The translations under genes were made by a program, and so were the position numbers. A stretch of 62,123 nucleotides of DNA, the filler included, from Globobulimina sp. (Eukaryota): assembly GCA_003354225.1 (NCBI GenBank). It is 13 parts of 13 records of this genome, joined end to end, with 100 filler letters (N's around TTAATTAATTAA, not from the genome) between each part and the next. Parts side by side here need not be neighbours in the genome. Positions count along the whole stretch, not along the records: positions 57,445 to 62,123 come from PIVH01001007.1; 12 more parts are not named here. One strand, written 5' to 3'. Below are positions 60,040 to 62,123 of this stretch, piece by piece; within the stretch, counting starts at the first letter, position 1; each line of letters begins with the position of its first letter. Under the pieces are notes generated by a model, which was not told the DNA's origin, searched no databases, and saw only the letters and a program-made list of their open reading frames with translations.

Positions 60040-62123
60040 AACATATATATAGGTGGGCGCGGGTCGATAGACCCAGAGACAAGAAGCAGGGATGCAAGAA
60101 CCACGGAGGCAAGAGGCTTATTTGTTATGTGTGATTTTTTTGGACCTAGAGGTTTTTGAGTAACTCAGAAGTGATTTGAAATGAACCAAGTTATCATATT
60201 TTTTTTTTTGCCATGAAATTCTTTTGCTGACTAATCACAATATTTTTTGTTTTCCTGAATTTTCGTAAAAAAAAATCAGAATTTTCTGGAAATTTCTTAA
60301 AAAAGTTCAACCTAGGTGGGTCGGGACCCTTAAACCCTTGAGAAGAAGGTAAGGCAGCGGGGCCGCACAACAATCAGATCTCATATCTCGGTTCTCATAT
60401 CTCGGATCTTATATCTCGGATCTCATATCTCTGATCTCATATCTAGGAACTCATTCCTTAAGTAAATCTCTTTAGGAATTTTTTCACCAAAAAATTTTAA
60501 ATTTGGACAGTATGTACGTGTATGTACGTGGCTAAAAACATGAAAAAATCTATAGTACACTAAATGTAGGAACAATACTTAGATAATTTCTCGGATACCT
60601 AAAAGTAAAAGTTAAATTTTGAATTAAATAATTAAATAATTTAATTAACTTCGTATATCTTCTCAAGGGGATAATTCCTATACTATGTTCCTGAAAAACG
60701 TTTCTGAAAATGTTCTAAAAACGTTTCTGAAAATGTTTCTCTGATTTCATGTGCAAAACGTTTCTATAATTATTGGATTCTTATACAAATCATTAAATAA
60801 ATTCATGTATGACAATTTTCTAGCACCACTACTCATAAAAAAATAGTAATTGATGAACGTTTATCTTTTTGAAGGAAATGCAATTGGAAAAATGTGGAGT
60901 AGTGAATTAGAAAATATTAAAAACCCTTTTTCCATTAGTTTGCTACTAACAATGCGTAGTTTATTACAGTAGTATTACCGATAAGATGTACGTATATGAT
61001 CCAATAATATATATATATTGTCTTCGATCATATATTAAATAAATGGTGCACATGTAAAGTGATAATATTGATAATATATAAATTATTTTTGAGATTTAAA
61101 CAAAACGAAAAAAATTACAACAAGAAAAAACTTTTCACTCATTGAGCATTCAACTTTATAGGTATGAAAGCAGCCAATATTTGCTGCAATGCATTTGAAA
61201 CAAACTGTCATGTTTTGTTTTTATGTGGAAATGAAACATTTGGGACCGATACCCCCAAGAATTTTGATAATTATTTGCTAATTTTACGGCTTTAATTGCA
61301 TAATTATGAAACAGTAAATTAGGCTTTAATGTATGGCATGTCATAGAAGGATAGTTTTTAGACAATAGTAGCATACTTTTAGTCTGCACTTTATGGATCA
61401 CACTCATATTTGGGTCGATAGACCCTTATTCGATGTTAGTTTCAATTTTCATCAAAATTGTATGTAGTACTAATTTCAAATTTGATGAAAAAAAATTTAG
61501 TAGGTAGGTACTACTTTTTGTTTTGTTTTCGTCGTTGTACCATATGTTTTGTTTTCGTCGTTTTACCATTAAATATTTTTTCTAATTTTTTTTTCAATTT
61601 GTTTTTCCGGAACACTTTCAGAAACGTTTTTCAAGAACATTTTCAGAAACATTTTTGTAACATTTCCAAGAATTTTCAGAAACATTGTACACGAATTTCA
61701 GAAACGAATTTTGTGCATGCAAGAGACAGAATTTTCCAGAAATTTCTTAAACAATTTCTTGAGAATTTTCTGAATTTTTTAATTCCTATAAAAATTCTTA
61801 AGTAAATTCCTTTAAAGAAAAAAAAATAAATTTCCGGAAATTTCTTCAGATTTTTTTTTTCATTAATTTTTTTTTGATGAATAATCAAAATATTGAAAAA
61901 AAATTTGTTGGATCATGGTGATTTGAGATGAACCACGATATCATTTTGAAGTAATTCAGTGAAAAATTTGAATACATGTGTTTACTAAAAAACAATGTCA
62001 AACAACTTTAAAAATAAAGGAAAAAAAAATTAAAAGAAACAACTAGCACACAAACGTTTACTCAAATAAACAATGAAGAAAAAAATACAAGCAAACAAAT
62101 GCGTTATTATTCCCAGAACAAAG
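60040..62123. repeat. Non-coding repeat-rich region, probable DNA-transposon remnants
   Basis: gggtcgatagaccc at about 60061 and 61411; 14-bp tandem atctcatatctcgg at about 60378-60445; inverted ttctgaaaa/ttttcagaa arrays at about 60688-60740 and 61610-61690; 12-bp IR at 60335-60346/60658-60669. Confidence 0.6.

Noticed and set aside
61156-61888. ORFs 61156..61407, 61458..61805 and 61676..61888
   Set aside because: Low-complexity translations of repeat DNA with no domain motifs.
1-62123. rRNA, tRNA, spliceosomal snRNA genes, CRISPR arrays, telomeric repeats, alternative genetic code
   Set aside because: None recognised by eye. TAA, TAG and TGA all terminate conserved genes at the expected positions. 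A covariance-model scan is needed to exclude small RNAs.

Overview
This window is not one locus. It is a pseudomolecule of 13 short contigs (4694 down to 4679 bp, sorted by length) joined by 12 identical artificial 100-bp spacers (44 N + TTAATTAATTAA + 44 N). Contigs: 1-4694, 4795-9488, 9589-14279, 14380-19069, 19170-23857, 23958-28645, 28746-33432, 33533-38217, 38318-43002, 43103-47785, 47886-52565, 52666-57344, 57445-62123. Gene neighbourhood across spacers carries no meaning. The DNA is AT-rich eukaryotic nuclear sequence with the standard code and short GT-AG introns, mostly 50-80 nt. The gene-family mix suggests a foraminiferan/rhizarian protist (inference only). Recognisable genes: PIKfyve/Fab1, CstF-50, ATG22-type MFS, PAQR, GH2 glycosidase, FMO, RCC1, copine, prolyl 4-hydroxylase, TraB-family, XK-like proteins, an SLC52-like fragment and several Cys-rich surface proteins. 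Most notable observations: (1) a PHD + zf-CW + UBE2E-type E2 fusion; (2) a protein with at least 14 CAP-Gly domains; (3) contig 1 closes into a 4575-bp three-gene circle or tandem unit with an ORF continuous across the junction; (4) a plant-type PLS PPR protein; (5) a prokaryote/phage-type LAGLIDADG ORF on a nuclear contig; (6) a LINE with a >1090-aa ORF1; (7) VHL-like/P4H, FYVE/copine and lectin-like/pseudokinase fusions. Family calls come from motif recognition by eye; no database searches were run.
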